Positions 1 to 12,609 are shown, counted from the whole stretch's first letter. The stretch: 61,935 bases of DNA, filler included, from Dirinaria sp. TL-2023a (GCA_051941275.1; 15 parts of 15 records of this genome joined end to end with filler, not necessarily neighbours in it), one strand, 5' to 3'. Notes: generated by a model not told the origin, from the letters alone. Translations and numbers: made by a program.

Positions 1-530
1 TACGTAGGTAGTAGCATTTATTTCATTCATAGGCGCATCGATTTTTTTTTTGTTTCTTTTTGAAGGGGGGAATTAAGGTAAGGTAGTTAAGTTGTTCCTC
101 GCAAGGGGCTTTTCTCAGATTCTTTTAAAATGGCATAGCGAGCTTTTTTTTTTGTCGTTGCCGATGGCGCGTATCATATATACCCGATTTTTAGCTGGGG
201 AGGAAGAGAAAGGGAGAGAATGAAAAAGGTTTACACCGCAAAGTGTCTCTCTCGAGAGGTCATCTTTGAACTGAATAGATTTTTGCAAAAAAAAAAATTT
301 TTTTTTTTACTGCGGAGGGGGAATTTCCCCCCCCCCCCCTTTCTTGGATTCCAGAAAGCGGAGTCTTTAAGCTAAGGTGAGGTAGGCTACTTGATATTGT
401 ATTGTAGCATCCATACAATGCCCACTCGCGACACCGTTGAAGTGGGGCGGGGCAGGGTATCTTTTGAAGAATTGAACGCGTATAGCTTGCTACCCCCAAT
501 CTTCAAAACAGTTACAAAAACATAAAGAAT

Positions 531-564
531 CAAGACTCCAAGACTCCAAGACTCCCAAGACTCC
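531..564. repeat. Short tandem repeat (CAAGACTC-like 8-mer, ~4 copies)
   Basis: caagactccaagactccaagactcccaagactcc read directly, downstream of the IFRD gene stop. Confidence 0.7.
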
Positions 565-907
565 GGCTGGTATTTCTTATGCATCGCCTTTTCTTGCGCG
601 CAATCGATCGGGGGACCCGAAACAAGGGGGGGGTTGTGCACATTCTCGATTTCTTTTTCTTTTCAGTTTTCTTTCTTGGTCGCTTTTCTTTCCTGCTACT
701 TTTCCATCTCGGCCTAATAATGAAGATGAAGATGATGCTGGATGCTGTTCTACTCGTGTCTAGTAGATACCGGTACAACTTCGTCTCGCTATGAATATGC
801 CTGCTTGCTGGTTTTTTTTTTTTCTTTTTTTGGTGGCTTTGGTCTAATCGAGGTAATGGTATGGTACTCGCACTGCCGCGGGAAGGGAACTTTTTTTTTT
901 TGTTGTT

Positions 908-2477
908 TCAAGAGCCAGGGACGGCGAGGAAGCCATCACTGCCGTTCCTCACGGCTTTCTTGGAGGCTTTGGTTACGGTGTAGTTGTTCTCGATCATGAT
1001 CCTAAAGAGGGTGAATATATATGTCAGCTGCAGTTTTCCCCGTTTGATAGAGTCGAGAATTAGAAGACGAAGGAGAGAGCTTACGGCAAGCTCTCAAACA
1101 CGACGCTGTTGCTCTCGTAATGGTTCACGAAGCCGCCCTGCAGCACCCTCCTCAGGCCCTGCAGCCGATGCAATTTCCACCACTTGTCGATGCGCATCAC
1201 CCCATCCTGCCCGATCCTCACCACCATCTTGCTCCCCAGGCGTTCACCGTCGGTGTTCTCCGCGTTCCGGTACCGAGGGCCGCAGGAGGGGGTTTTGACG
1301 CTGTTGAGGATGTCGGAGAAGTGCGAGCGGATGGACTTCTTGTCTTTCTTCGATAGGCGGTGCGTGCTTAGCGAGGCCAGCTCGCCGAGCGTGGAGATCA
1401 GGTCGTCTGTATTGCGGAAGGCTGGGTGAGCGCCGGAGAGGCGAGAGGTGTTGGTGTCGGGTTCGCCATCCGAGGAGTCCGAGTCCGGGCTTTCATCTTC
1501 TTCGCCGCGGGCGAGGAAATATTTCTCATAGAGCAGCGCGATGTTCTCGCCTGCGGCAATTTGCACTTCGGGTGAAGAGCTGGACAGCTGGTCTGTGAAT
1601 GTCGCAAGAGCTTCCTCAAGGTCGGAAGATAGATCGATCGCGAGTGTGGCGAGAAAGCCCCATTCTTCGAGCGCGGCGGTGACGGGCGCCGGTTCGTCTT
1701 GCGCGGAGATGAAGTCTCCGTCAGAGGCGATGATTTCGAGCAGGAAAGCCATATTCTCAAGGATTTCATTATCGGACGCGCCTCCGTAGAAAGTGCAGAC
1801 GCCAAGGGTATGGATGGCGGCGGTTTTGCTGGGAATCGAAGTCGAGTCGCTGATCGTACGCTTCAGAGGAGACGCAATGCTGTCGTAGAGCTTGTCCGAA
1901 GGGGAAGTAATAAGCGACATGCCTGTTGCCTTGAGCGCTAAAACTGTCTCCTTCTCCGAGCTTTCGGCTTTGATGCTCTTTAGAAAGGCGGCAATGAGCT
2001 CGGCTGCTCTGCTGCGGATTTCATCTTCGGCATACTGAGCGGCCAAAATATGGATGTAGGTGGCGTAGCACTTTTCTCGCCCCTGTACGCTGCTGCGCTT
2101 GCGGTTGATGATCTCATCGATGCGATCATTGAGCTCTGCCCGCCATGCACTTGTCGTGTCCATAGCTTCGGGGTTGAGGATCTCGTTTATCGAGCCGACA
2201 CTGGCGCGCGCGCAATGTCAGCCTTACAATCATAACGAGTCAACCTGCATAAACGCTTCGTGGAGATGAAATATCCGTACCTAAATGACGTCTCATCACT
2301 GAGGGCACCGCTCTCATCCTCATCGTCAGAGCCAGCTCTGCTGACAGCTCCACTGGCAACGCGTGACGGAGTCCTGGAGTTGGATCTTGAGGTGGCTGGC
2401 GAGGATTGCTTCGACTGTGCTCGCCGAGACACAGTCTTGTGGCTCTCTAGAGCCCGTCTTCTGAGGTCACGCGTCAT
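908..2477 (-). CDS. Interferon-related developmental regulator (IFRD)-domain protein, 3 exons (2477-2281, 2200-1085, 1001-908)
   Basis: MTRDLRRRALESHKTVSRRAQS start; GT..CTGAC..AG introns keep frame (TSFS|VGSINEIL; FESLP|IMIEN). Motifs LIDEII..KRSS..GRE, ALEEWGFLAT, VQIAAGENIALLYE and IDKWWK.HRL..LRR.LQGGF..HY..N are typical of fungal IFRD proteins. Confidence 0.85.
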
Positions 2478-3629
2478 TTTCGGAAGATACTGCAAAGGTC
2501 AGGGAATTCGAGAATGGGTAAAGTGAATCAATGAGTACGATGTTTTCTTTGCTTGCGCGTTATTTCAGTGGATGCCGAAAAATGAACCTGTATATCTCTG
2601 ATGGAAGGAGGAACATGCGCAATTCCATGGAGTGAGTAGGTTGAAGTAGACGGAGAGGAGAATGAGTCACAAGGGCGATTTGGAATTCTTGTAGGCGTTG
2701 GGCTGGTGAAGGAGGAGGATGAATATCGAAAGAACAATAAGCTGGTAGCGTATCAAATGACTCAATTTTGCATGTGCTTCGCTCCGGGTGGTGCATAACA
2801 CGGACCGCCTATAGGCCGATAGCCGAGGAATGCTTGCGCTAAGCCTTTTTCGTCACATTCTCCAATTGGTTCCATGGGCCCATGGCAAGTGTCAGTCCTC
2901 CACTCCCTCACTCCGACACTCTGTTACCCAAGAAACACGGAGATCGGTTCATTTCTCTCACTCAAAAATATCTCATGAACGTCTCTATTAGTATCCTATG
3001 GAAAGACTTTCTCACGTTAGGAGCTACTGAATCCGGACCATAATTAAACGCACTCAACCCCATTTTTTCCCGAAGTATCAAGAATTTCTAGAGCACGAGC
3101 GCGCAAGACTAATCGCCAACTGATCACAATATTAATGTCATAAGCAAGCAACATAGCCCACCAAACATCTCTCAAGTAAGCACTAAGGTATGGAAGATAT
3201 CTGGCCGTTAACGAAACGCAAAACGGAGGTATTCTTATTACCTTAACCGACTATTTATGTGATGCATTGTTTATTGCCACACTCATCTTGTGACACGATC
3301 AATATAATTTCAAAATTATCACAAATACAAGATTGGTAAATAATCCGAAGGTTTCCATTCGCGCATTTCTCAATGCTTAATGCAAGCTATCATCAAGAAC
3401 GTTCGTAATAGCCCTGTATCATCTCATTTTCCTACCGGACCTGCATCCCATCCGATTATGAGCGTGAAATGCTCAATCCACTTGCAACGCCATAAACGCG
3501 CTCGCTGAGCCACTGCTTCGCTAGAGAAAAAGAGGGTTTCGCTGGTGCTTACTTCAAACACGGAAATGTTACAGACGCTTGTATGCATGAGACGAACGAA
3601 ACGTGGACGGACCGAAGGGGCCTTTAGGT

Positions 3630-4064
3630 TCATGAATCTTCGTAATTATCCTTCCCCACCGTCCTCAACTTTTGCGGTGGTGGCTCACGGTTCTCCTTTT
3701 CTCTCCTCGCCTCCATAATAAGCCTCTCGCGCTTCAGGTCGTCGATGTCGAATGGCACGGTGCCACAGTCTCCGCTCCCGCTTCTTGCATGTTTGCTCCG
3801 CGCGCCGCCCATTGAGCTCGTTGACTTCATCTTCTTGAGGGATTTCGTATTCATTAAACCTTGTGCTTGCGCCGGCCCAGGGGGCTGGCGACGATCAAGC
3901 TCACGAACATCATTGCGATTGCGTAGATTACGAATCTCGCGCGCAATCTTTTCAAGGGTGGTGCCCCGCTTCTTCGGAGAGGACGGGGGGAGGGCAGGAA
4001 GCTCCGTTGGAGGGCACTCAGGAAGAGGCTTTAGGCTGTTATTGCGACTGCCGGTGCTTGGGAT
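3630..4064 (-). CDS. 3' end of a conserved-looking hypothetical protein (truncated by contig end)
   Basis: Open frame from the contig edge: IPSTGSRNNSLKPLPECPP...LKKMKSTSS...FDIDDLKRERLIMEARREKEN...EDS*; family not identified. Confidence 0.6.
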   Translation of the reverse strand: MPSTGSRNNSLKPLPECPPTELPALPPSSPKKRGTTLEKIAREIRNLRNRNDVRELDRRQPPGPAQAQGLMNTKSLKKMKSTSSMGGARSKHARSGSGDCGTVPFDIDDLKRERLIMEARREKENREPPPQKLRTVGKDNYEDS

Positions 4065-4164
4065 NNNNNNNNNNNNNNNNNNNNNNNNNNNNNNNNNNNN
4101 NNNNNNNNTTAATTAATTAANNNNNNNNNNNNNNNNNNNNNNNNNNNNNNNNNNNNNNNNNNNN
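4065..4164. other. Artificial contig-joining spacer (N-run + TTAATTAATTAA + N-run); first of 14
   Basis: The same 100-nt spacer, with stops in all six frames, recurs at 8229, 12390, 16549, 20697, 24842, 28983, 33122, 37260, 41389, 45506, 49622, 53730 and 57833. Intervening contigs shrink from ~4064 to ~4003 nt, consistent with size-sorted concatenation. Confidence 0.97.
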
Positions 4165-4232
4165 CATTGGGGGAGGGAAGCCTTGGAAGGGGTCTGGGTA
4201 GCTCGGTAGCTCAGTAGCTTGTCTGGGTACTG

Positions 4233-4273
4233 TAAGTAGTGGGTAGTGGGTAGTGAGTAGTGGGTAGGGAGTA
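4233..4273. repeat. Heptamer tandem repeat (GTAGTGG-like, ~5-6 copies)
   Basis: gtaagtagtgggtagtgggtagtgagtagtgggtagggagtag read directly. Confidence 0.65.
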
Positions 4274-5247
4274 GGCAGTCTCAGTCAAATAGCGATGCAG
4301 CTTGCGGATAGGCTGAACCACGCTGTTCCTTTTTTTCCCTCCCTCTTGTGCCGTCTCTCTGCACCCGGAGGCCGCTAAACCTGATGCGAACACACCCTGG
4401 TCGTCATTTTAGTCGGCTTCAAATCTTGAACTTCGAGTGCCAGCCTCAATCTTCTTCTCTCCATCCTTTGGAAGGCATTGATTCTCCCTTCCCTCACTCC
4501 TCCACTCTCCCTTCTCCTTCTCTCCCCCTCACTGCAGCCCTCAAACTCCCCTCTGCCTGTCATACAGAGGTCGAGAGTGGGGCTTGGAGGACGTGACTGT
4601 GCCAGATGTTGCTCTAGGTACTTCACAACTCCTCACCTCTTCCGACAGCCGTGCGGGTGTCACCTTCATCCATTGACACTTCCTTCACCCACGGCGAGGT
4701 GTTGTCGTTATCAATCTTTCTTTGGCCTAGTCGTTCGGTTCTGCTGGTCTCGCCTATTTCAACAGAAGCCTCACATCACCCTCATCAGCACAGGGCAACT
4801 TTTCCTACCCAGCCCCGACCTGTCTCTCAGCAAACAAGGACCACCTCTAATTCTTCATCGAGACGGGCAATCATTGGCACAAGTTCCTGGAGAACTCGAA
4901 TCTGTAGAGTCAATGCAAGACAAGAGCTTCGTGAGTTATAAAGGCCCCGTCGTTGCTTGCATTCCTCCCCCGCCCTTATATGAATATTAATACCACTACG
5001 CGAGAATACAATGTCCATTCCTCAATCATTATGGCCGGGCTACCAATGGTGCTCCACGGACCGTGGCCATTGCCATTGGCTAGCCTGAACCACCTGTATC
5101 CCCACCCATACCCTACAAGCACAGCACTGTTATACCTAAGTCCATTGCCATTCTAGGTCCTGTCTGGGGACAGCCCGGGAGACCTCCCTATCAAATCTCA
5201 TTTCTATTTCCCTGCGTTCCACTATTGTCTACGGAATCGTTGCCGAA

Positions 5248-5277
5248 ACGCGATTACCACGCGAGTCCCCCCGCGTT
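5248..5277. promoter_or_regulatory. Cluster of CGCG-core (MCB/APSES-like) sites upstream of the cyclin
   Basis: ACGCGA at 5248 and 5259, CGCGT at 5272, plus ACGCGA at 4998, about 600-900 nt upstream of a G1-type cyclin ATG. Confidence 0.35.
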
Positions 5278-5881
5278 CTAGCTTTGCAACACCTACACCA
5301 AGTCGTATCTGGACCTGCAACTGACGTACGGCTTTTAATGATAGCAATTCTCTGTGAAGTGGAACTCGAAATCTGCTTCGGCCATAGATCTTCCACTCAA
5401 TACCTTTGACTCGACCGTCGGCTCTTCGGCTTAGTGAGATCAAATACACCTTATCCCCCTACAATGCTAATTAAAGCATCAAGGTGCCTCATTACGTTCT
5501 CGGAAATCGATTGCAATCTCTGCTAAAAGGAGGCGTTAATTCGACCTCTCTTGTCAAGCCAAGACACTCGAGCAGATCATTCCAGACTTCCATTTGCAAG
5601 GGACCATATCAGGTAAGTCCCGTTCATTCCACCTCTAGCACGAGCCCAAGCCCTGCATACAGTCCGGTTGGATGGGAAACCGTCAAGGGTTGACGACGTT
5701 CCAGGTTCTCATAAGCCAGTGGTTCCAAGCTCCAGATTTTCCACCTTAATCCAACTATTTTCAGTCTTTCTTCAACTAATTGTTCACCCAAGTCACTCTT
5801 TAATTGTGTACGGTTTATCCTCCTGAGGCTTCATCATACTTCGATTGCGATCTGTGGGACTTTTGTCGACAACGGTTCAAT

Positions 5882-7134
5882 ATGGCATACTATGCACAAC
5901 CCTGCGACAGCTATTTCATCGAGTCCCATGAGAACCAAGAGCAAGCTCTACGCGGTAGTCTACGTGAACGGGAGAGACTTAGAAAGCAGCAGACGCAAGC
6001 AGCCATTGCAGAAGAGTTGTCCCTGTTGACTAGTGATGAATATCGTGACGATGTTCTGCAACATATGGAAAACATGGAGGTCAGGCAACAACTCTCCTAC
6101 ATGCTCCAACGATATACTAATTGTTGAACCAGCTCCAAACATTACCCGATGTAGCCTCCATCGAAGTCCAGACGGAAATCCAATGGTTCATGCGGCCTTA
6201 TCTCCTCGACTTTTTGATCGAGGCCCATACGGCATTCGAGCTGCTTCCAGAGACTCTTTTCTTGGCTATCAACCTACTTGACCGTTACTGTTCCCGGCGC
6301 GTTGTGTACAAACGACACTATCAGCTCGTAGGATGTGCGGCTCTGTTGATAGCTGCCAAGTATGGTGATCGTAAGGAGAATGTGCCTACAATCCACGAGC
6401 TCAAGAAGATGTGTTGCTCTCTTTACGACGACGGCATGTTCACCCAAATGGAATGGCACGTGCTGCAAACGGTGCAGTGGGTCATTGGACATCCGACAAT
6501 CGATCATTTCCACCAATTGGCATTCGAAGGTCAACCCTATGATTCCGAGGTCCAGTTCATGGCTACATACATCTCGGAAATCGCCATGTTCCACAAAGAG
6601 TTCGTCGCAAAGCGTCCTTCGGACATGGCTCGCTCATCGCTGGCCCTGGCCCGATGCGTGCTCGGTAGAGCGGTCCCTCTTCAGGCGGACTGGTCTTCCA
6701 AGTACGATTCCGAAACCCTGTTAACGCTATCGCACCATCTCCATAGGCCTTCGACCGTGCTCTTCCGGAAATATGCCTCACCTCGCTTCGCTAGAGTCTC
6801 TATGATATTGGAGGACTTCCTCGAGAAGCAGGCTGCTATTGCGAGGTACCCTGCCCCTCCACCCACGCCTCCATCCGACGTGCCGATGAACAGCATCGCC
6901 AAACCCAATATTCCAGCAACTCCAACGAAAGGGCAGCAGCTTCCGGGTATGGTGAATGGCTGCATGACACCTCCAATCACTCCTACGAATCCAGATGGAT
7001 CCTTCAACTGTAATCAGAACATGGGAGCGTACCGTCCAATTACGCCGTCATCATCCGGAAACCACACGATCATGCCTCGGCATAACGCATGTCACATTCC
7101 AGCGACAACGTATGTTTTACCACCGATATTGTAG
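5882..7134 (+). CDS. G1/S-type cyclin (Cln/Puc1/Ccn1-like), 2 exons (5882-6079, 6133-7134)
   Basis: Cyclin box QTEIQWFMRPYLLDFLIEAH..FELLPETLFLAINLLDRYCSRRVVYKRHYQLVGCAALLIAAKY; intron GTCAGG..CTAAT..CAG; Pro/Thr-rich tail with several TP sites (PPTPP, PATPTK, MTPPITP, PITP). Confidence 0.92.
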
Positions 7135-8762
7135 GCCTGGTTCCAGACTACCTCATACTCTCCGCCTTTGACCTAGCTTCCTCAATCTGCTCAAAGATAA
7201 CAGAGTAGATTTGTACACGGAAGCCTCGCACGGCCTCAGGCATTTTCCTCCAAAATGTACCGAAATGTCTTTCTTACATCCGCATAGCGACCTCATTAGC
7301 CTGCATTGCTAGCGTTCTGCACCGATTTCTTTCAACATCTGTCCACATACACGGGATACCGAGAGATCCTTTGGCCGTCTTCAGTAGCTCGGAGCCATAC
7401 CGGAAGAAACAGAAGCACCATACATAGTCACCGGGAAAGGGCCTCCCGTGGCACTCACCAATCCGGCGCCTTGGATACCTAATCCTATCACTTAATGCGC
7501 TCGGAGAAGGATCAGTCCTCTCTAGGATAAGGCCGTATGTTAAAAAAAAAACATTCATCACAGCATGTATTAGCCTTTTCGAAAGAAGAGCGCCTTCGGA
7601 TCGACTGAGGATTTAGGCTCCAGTTGTAATCTCTCTTTGCCTGCTTGCTTCCCCCCTTGCTATCCACAAGAGATACCCCGACACCCACATTGCTTACCAT
7701 CACTCGCAATACCCAACCCCCCAAAAAAGAATCCTCATGTATATTAGGGAATTGCGGTGATGGGCTTAGCTCCACACTCACTAATAATCGAAAAATGAAT
7801 CAATTTGACATTTTTCCATGATCTACAGTGACGGTGAAGATGTAATCACCCCCTCCCTTTCCCCACCGGGTATTCGCTCGTGGTGAGTGAGACAGAGAGC
7901 AGCCACCTCCTTCCTTCAGGTAACTCCCATCACTGCCTGCCTATCTTCTCCAATTTAGACATTCCACGATTAGGTAGGTAAGGTAAGGTATGTATACGCT
8001 GGTAAGTTCGTTCTTTGCAAGCCCTGCTCTGCGTGCATTAGCCCCTTTTTGAAATGAAAACAATACATAACTGGCCCAGTTCTTTTCCAATCCATCTAAA
8101 TTTTTCTCTTCCCACAACAAGAACCTAGAAGTTTCTTAGAAAAAAAAAAAGGTAAAGGGGGTTTCGAGATCAGGACTCCCTCCCTCCCCCCATCCCGCCT
8201 TGCTTGCTTTTCTTTTCTTTCTTTCTTTNNNNNNNNNNNNNNNNNNNNNNNNNNNNNNNNNNNNNNNNNNNNTTAATTAATTAANNNNNNNNNNNNNNNN
8301 NNNNNNNNNNNNNNNNNNNNNNNNNNNNGGTTTTGGGACTTCGGAGTTGGGGGAGGATTTTTCAAGGCGGCGGTGGGTTTTGAAGAGTGATTTTAGGGGG
8401 TGATTGTCGAACTTTTTTTTTTCCGTGTGAAGGAAAAAGATGGTAGCGTGATGAAGTCAGAGCTGAAGGACGAATTTATGAAACTTCTATTTTTTTTTTT
8501 AGAAGATTTTTGGTATTGAATCAGTCTCAATGGCTTCTTCTTGCGCTTTTTGAAGGATAACCTAAAGATCGGAGATGGTAAAAGCACTATGGTTGAGATA
8601 TATATCTTGCATAGATTTGAAAAGAGAAAAACAACATCGTTTCATGGTTAAAATCTCAGAAAGCTCGGTTCATATCCAGTAGTACTCGTCGCTGCTCCTG
8701 GCAAGCGGAAGACAAGAAATCGAACAAGTAAATCATCTATTCCCAAGAGGCTCTATGCCACT

Positions 8763-10031
8763 TCAAGCCGCAAAATGCGGGATATACTGGTTCCACTCCA
8801 CGGTCTTGAACGCGTCCGCCGGTAAGGCTCTGAATGACATAAATGCTAGCACGATAATGGTGATTCTCCCCAAGCAGTAAGGGACTAGGGTGAACACAAT
8901 TCCTAGATCAACCCACGTACTATACCTATCGTTCTCCATCCGAATAAGCAGCCAATATGGAATAGGTAGGGCCGTTGTCGCGGAGGCGCAGATTCGCCAT
9001 GCGAGACGTTCTTTGTCGGTTGGGAATGGTGAGTTCCAGGCTAAGCAGTGAATAGCGCCAAAGCCGCACGCAAACAGAATAAGAAGGGTTTCAGGCCCAT
9101 CTCTGGCGACCCAGTTCTGTTCATATCTTTGCGGACCGCTCAGTTTTGAACCGAGACGGCGGCGGCTTCGATTTTGAGAATCCGGATCACTATCCCGAGC
9201 ATGAGAATTCTCTTCTAAATTTTGCTTTTGCTCGGCTTCCTCTTCCGCCGGCGCAGCATCGTCCACTTCCGAGCTTACTGAACGCCGCCTTTGTTCGGGT
9301 TCTTCTTTGGCTGGCGCAGCATCCTGTATTTCCAAGAAAACAGGGTACTCAACATTCTGTGGTTGCCTCATGGAAAACCCTATGGTGGCAAGGGAGCAAA
9401 AGACAAACGCGACAGTCATTGTTTCGAATGCCGTGGTCTGATAATGCAAGATCGCGCGAACAAGCGTTTGCAAAGAAAACCACGTGATTTGAAGCATGAA
9501 GAGAAGCTTGACAAATACATCACTCTTTCCTCGGCTTTTTAACTCTTCATCTGACAGTGGAGGGCCATCAATGTGATTGCTTTTTATCAAGTCCAATAAG
9601 TGATCAGTATTGCATACTGAGTCTCGTTCTTCGGGACCAGATGCATTCATCCAGAATCCTTTAGCTTCGGCGAATTGCAGCTGTGTCAGCGTCCACTGCG
9701 GTTTTCCGATTTTGGCCAAGTGTCTCGAGCGGCTGCGAGCCTGGAAGAAGTTCTGGGCGGCCATCCCGAGGATTAGTTCAGGTGCGAACACGGCGACGGT
9801 CATCCATCCGATTTTGCGAAAGAGTAGATACCAAAAGCCATGGCGCTTTGCTACGTCCATATGTAAAGACGACCAAGTACAGATGAAGATGGTAGCGAGG
9901 CAACTCCAAAGGATGGACCACGTTCCTCGACCGTGCGGCTCTGGCACCCAACCATGGATAAGAGTATCGTTTCTGGCGGAGACGAGTAGAATATTGGCAG
10001 CTATGAGGGTAATGAGAGTGAGTGGGAACAT
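8763..10031 (-). CDS. Uncharacterised fungal multi-pass membrane protein with signal peptide
   Basis: 422-aa single-exon ORF with motifs GWVPEPHGRGTWSILWSCLATIFICTWSSLH, FAPELIL, KSD..VK....QI.WF, FGAIHCLAWN..FPT..E..AWR and SFRALPADAF.TV.W of a widespread fungal family. Confidence 0.85.
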   Translation of the reverse strand: MFPLTLITLIAANILLVSARNDTLIHGWVPEPHGRGTWSILWSCLATIFICTWSSLHMDVAKRHGFWYLLFRKIGWMTVAVFAPELILGMAAQNFFQARSRSRHLAKIGKPQWTLTQLQFAEAKGFWMNASGPEERDSVCNTDHLLDLIKSNHIDGPPLSDEELKSRGKSDVFVKLLFMLQITWFSLQTLVRAILHYQTTAFETMTVAFVFCSLATIGFSMRQPQNVEYPVFLEIQDAAPAKEEPEQRRRSVSSEVDDAAPAEEEAEQKQNLEENSHARDSDPDSQNRSRRRLGSKLSGPQRYEQNWVARDGPETLLILFACGFGAIHCLAWNSPFPTDKERLAWRICASATTALPIPYWLLIRMENDRYSTWVDLGIVFTLVPYCLGRITIIVLAFMSFRALPADAFKTVEWNQYIPHFAA

Positions 10032-11704
10032 GATTTGGTAGACCTATTATTGAAGGTACTATCGACTTCGAAGCGCGATAAATTTCATAGCAGTTACCCG
10101 TCCTACATCAGGCTAGGATAAGTATGAATGAAACAGGTGATTTAAGCATGGCCCTTTTAGCTCTGTTCACACCTGCTTTTGACTGGCTGAAGAAAACTTC
10201 TCAGTCTAAACCAATCGGAAATGGGATGGAAAGTTCCAGCGCCCACAATGCGCACATCTGGCTGCTCAGCCGCATCAGATGTGGAAGTGGAGGCACAGGC
10301 ATCGACGATTGAGGCACCTCGCAGCGAATGATATGGCCGGGGATCCAGTCCTTGGTCGCTACTGCTGCTATGCTGGGGGGAATTTCAAGGCTCAAGTGGG
10401 TCGCAGCCTGATCGGTGGCGCTTCGGCGGTGTCATCCACACCACTTTGATGTGCTACATTGCCAGGTGACATTTGCTTCAATTGAAAGCGCATCGACTCT
10501 TTTTTTTTCCTCTTCTTTTCTTTTTTTCATTTCAATAGCTATGTCGTTTCAAAGTATTTGGTGGGAGCGTGGATGGTCAATCAATCACGAAATATTATCG
10601 GGTGTGAACTACGAAGTAATGGTTCTGCTTGTATCTATGGGCCGATCCGCACCTAGAGGCGGCATTCTGGTGACTCGGGGCAGGTGGATTGTAGCCCCTT
10701 AAGAGGCTCCTCTTTAAGCCACAGTGTAGAAACCGTATCTCAACACATACAGTGCGTCTGTAAAGTACGTACTGCGTACAGTACATCCAGTCATCAACCA
10801 AATAATTCTCCATGTTTCAAGACTCGAAACAACTCAACCTCTGCGTGCTCTCCACTCCCTAAACATATTCTTCAAGCAAAGGGTTGCAGTGGTGTTCTTC
10901 TGTGCGTCTGCATGCGCCCCCTCGGCTGGGGGAAAGGCTGTTCTCTTCTGGGCATTGTTATTATTAGATGAGGTGGTGGAGGGAACTCCTGTTGAAGACG
11001 GGGGATCTGCTACTAAATTATTATTATCATTGGAAAATTCCGGCAATACCGCATAATCTCTCCCGTAGTGCGCCAGAATCACGTTCGATATTTGCGTGCT
11101 TAAGGACAGAAAGATCGATGCAATTACGACGATTTTAGGAAACGTTCACGCTTATTTGTGCAATAATAATGACTGGATTTAGGTAAGTTCTCCCCCCACC
11201 CCGCCCACCTACCATTCACCGAATTCCCGGGCTATGTTGCTTGGAACTTGGAAGTGATCTGCGCCCCCACCCTACACCCGTTCCTTACATGTATGTAGCC
11301 CGTATGTAGTGGTAGAAAACAAGGCTGTGAACCAGCACTGACCGCATAATTGTCCAACGACCATCTGAACAGAAAAAAGAAAAAAAAAAAGGAAAAAAAA
11401 AAGAAAAAAATTCAAGTCGCTGGCTTAGTAAGATGGAGAAGTCCAATACCGAACAGAGTCTCCCCGACGCTGAAGCAACATGTTTCACGTGGAATGCGGC
11501 TCAAGTTTGACTGTGCCGCCTACGCCTCCATGCAATAGGCTGAGGCTGATGATCGAAGACCGATGAAGAAAATGCTGACAATACAACCATGACAGTCGAT
11601 GTTAAAGCGCGTCATTCGTTCCCTGCTCTCTCCTTTCAGTCTCCAGCTTTTTGTAAAGATCTTCCAAGAAGCCCTGGCTAGACCTCCAGCCAGGGAGCTC
11701 CGGC

Positions 11705-12389
11705 ATGGCGCCAACCATGCCGCTACAGCCTGGACCAGTATCACCCAAACACATCGCCTTCAACCAGCCACAACCAATCATATTGCCCAAGAGTCAAGAA
11801 GACGAACAGAAAGAGCAGGCTGAGATCACTTTCAGGAAAACACTAAACGGACATTATCGTCATGGCAAATCCGGCTATGAGCGTGTTGGGGCCCTGTTCC
11901 TTACATGGGAAGAGGACGACATGCAGTGCAAAGCGACCGAGGTTAGTGAATATCCAGCAACCTTCATTTGCCGCAACAGCTAAAGCACGGATCTAGGTGG
12001 ATGCCTTGCGAGCACTATTGGCCGAGGGTTTCCAGTACGAGACTGACTACTATGAGATCCCCTCCAGCCGCTGGGAAACAGGCTTGTTCAGCAAGGTCGC
12101 CGAGTTCCTCCACAAGTACGACGATCCGCAGTGTCTGGCCATCATCTACTATGGAGGACACGGCTATAGTGGTAAAGACACGGGACACTTTAAATGGGCT
12201 GCGTGAGTGCAAAACACTCCATCCAGCATCAACGATGCCAAAACCTAGATACTGACCAGCTTTCTGCACACAGAAAATCGGACGTCGGTAGTGATCGGGA
12301 CCCAGCAGTCTTCTTCAATGACTTTTGGAATTGTACGAGATGGCCGTCTTGCGACCAATTCTTAATAATCGATTGCTGCTACGCTGCGA
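11705..12389 (+). CDS. Caspase-like (clan CD / Peptidase C14-like) protein, 5' part; exons 11705-11941, 11997-12202, 12274-contig end
   Basis: Spliced reading YERVGALFLTWEEDDM..ATEVDALRALL..GFQY......IP...LAIIYYGGHG...KWAA...DQFLIIDCCYAA contains the His-Gly and Asp-Cys dyad motifs; canonical GT-AG introns. Confidence 0.75.
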
Positions 12390-12609
12390 NNNNNNNNNNN
12401 NNNNNNNNNNNNNNNNNNNNNNNNNNNNNNNNNTTAATTAATTAANNNNNNNNNNNNNNNNNNNNNNNNNNNNNNNNNNNNNNNNNNNNAGGGTGGTGTG
12501 GCGGTAGTGGTTGCCTTTCTTAAAGACCATAATCTATGAACGTCTTCCTACGCTTTGCCTTCGACATCTACGCTTTCGATGACCTTCAAAAGCAGTTGTC
12601 CAGTCAAAA

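Noticed and set aside
4109..4120. TTAATTAATTAA as a biological motif, and ORFs running through N-runs
   Set aside because: Identical artificial linker inside every N spacer.
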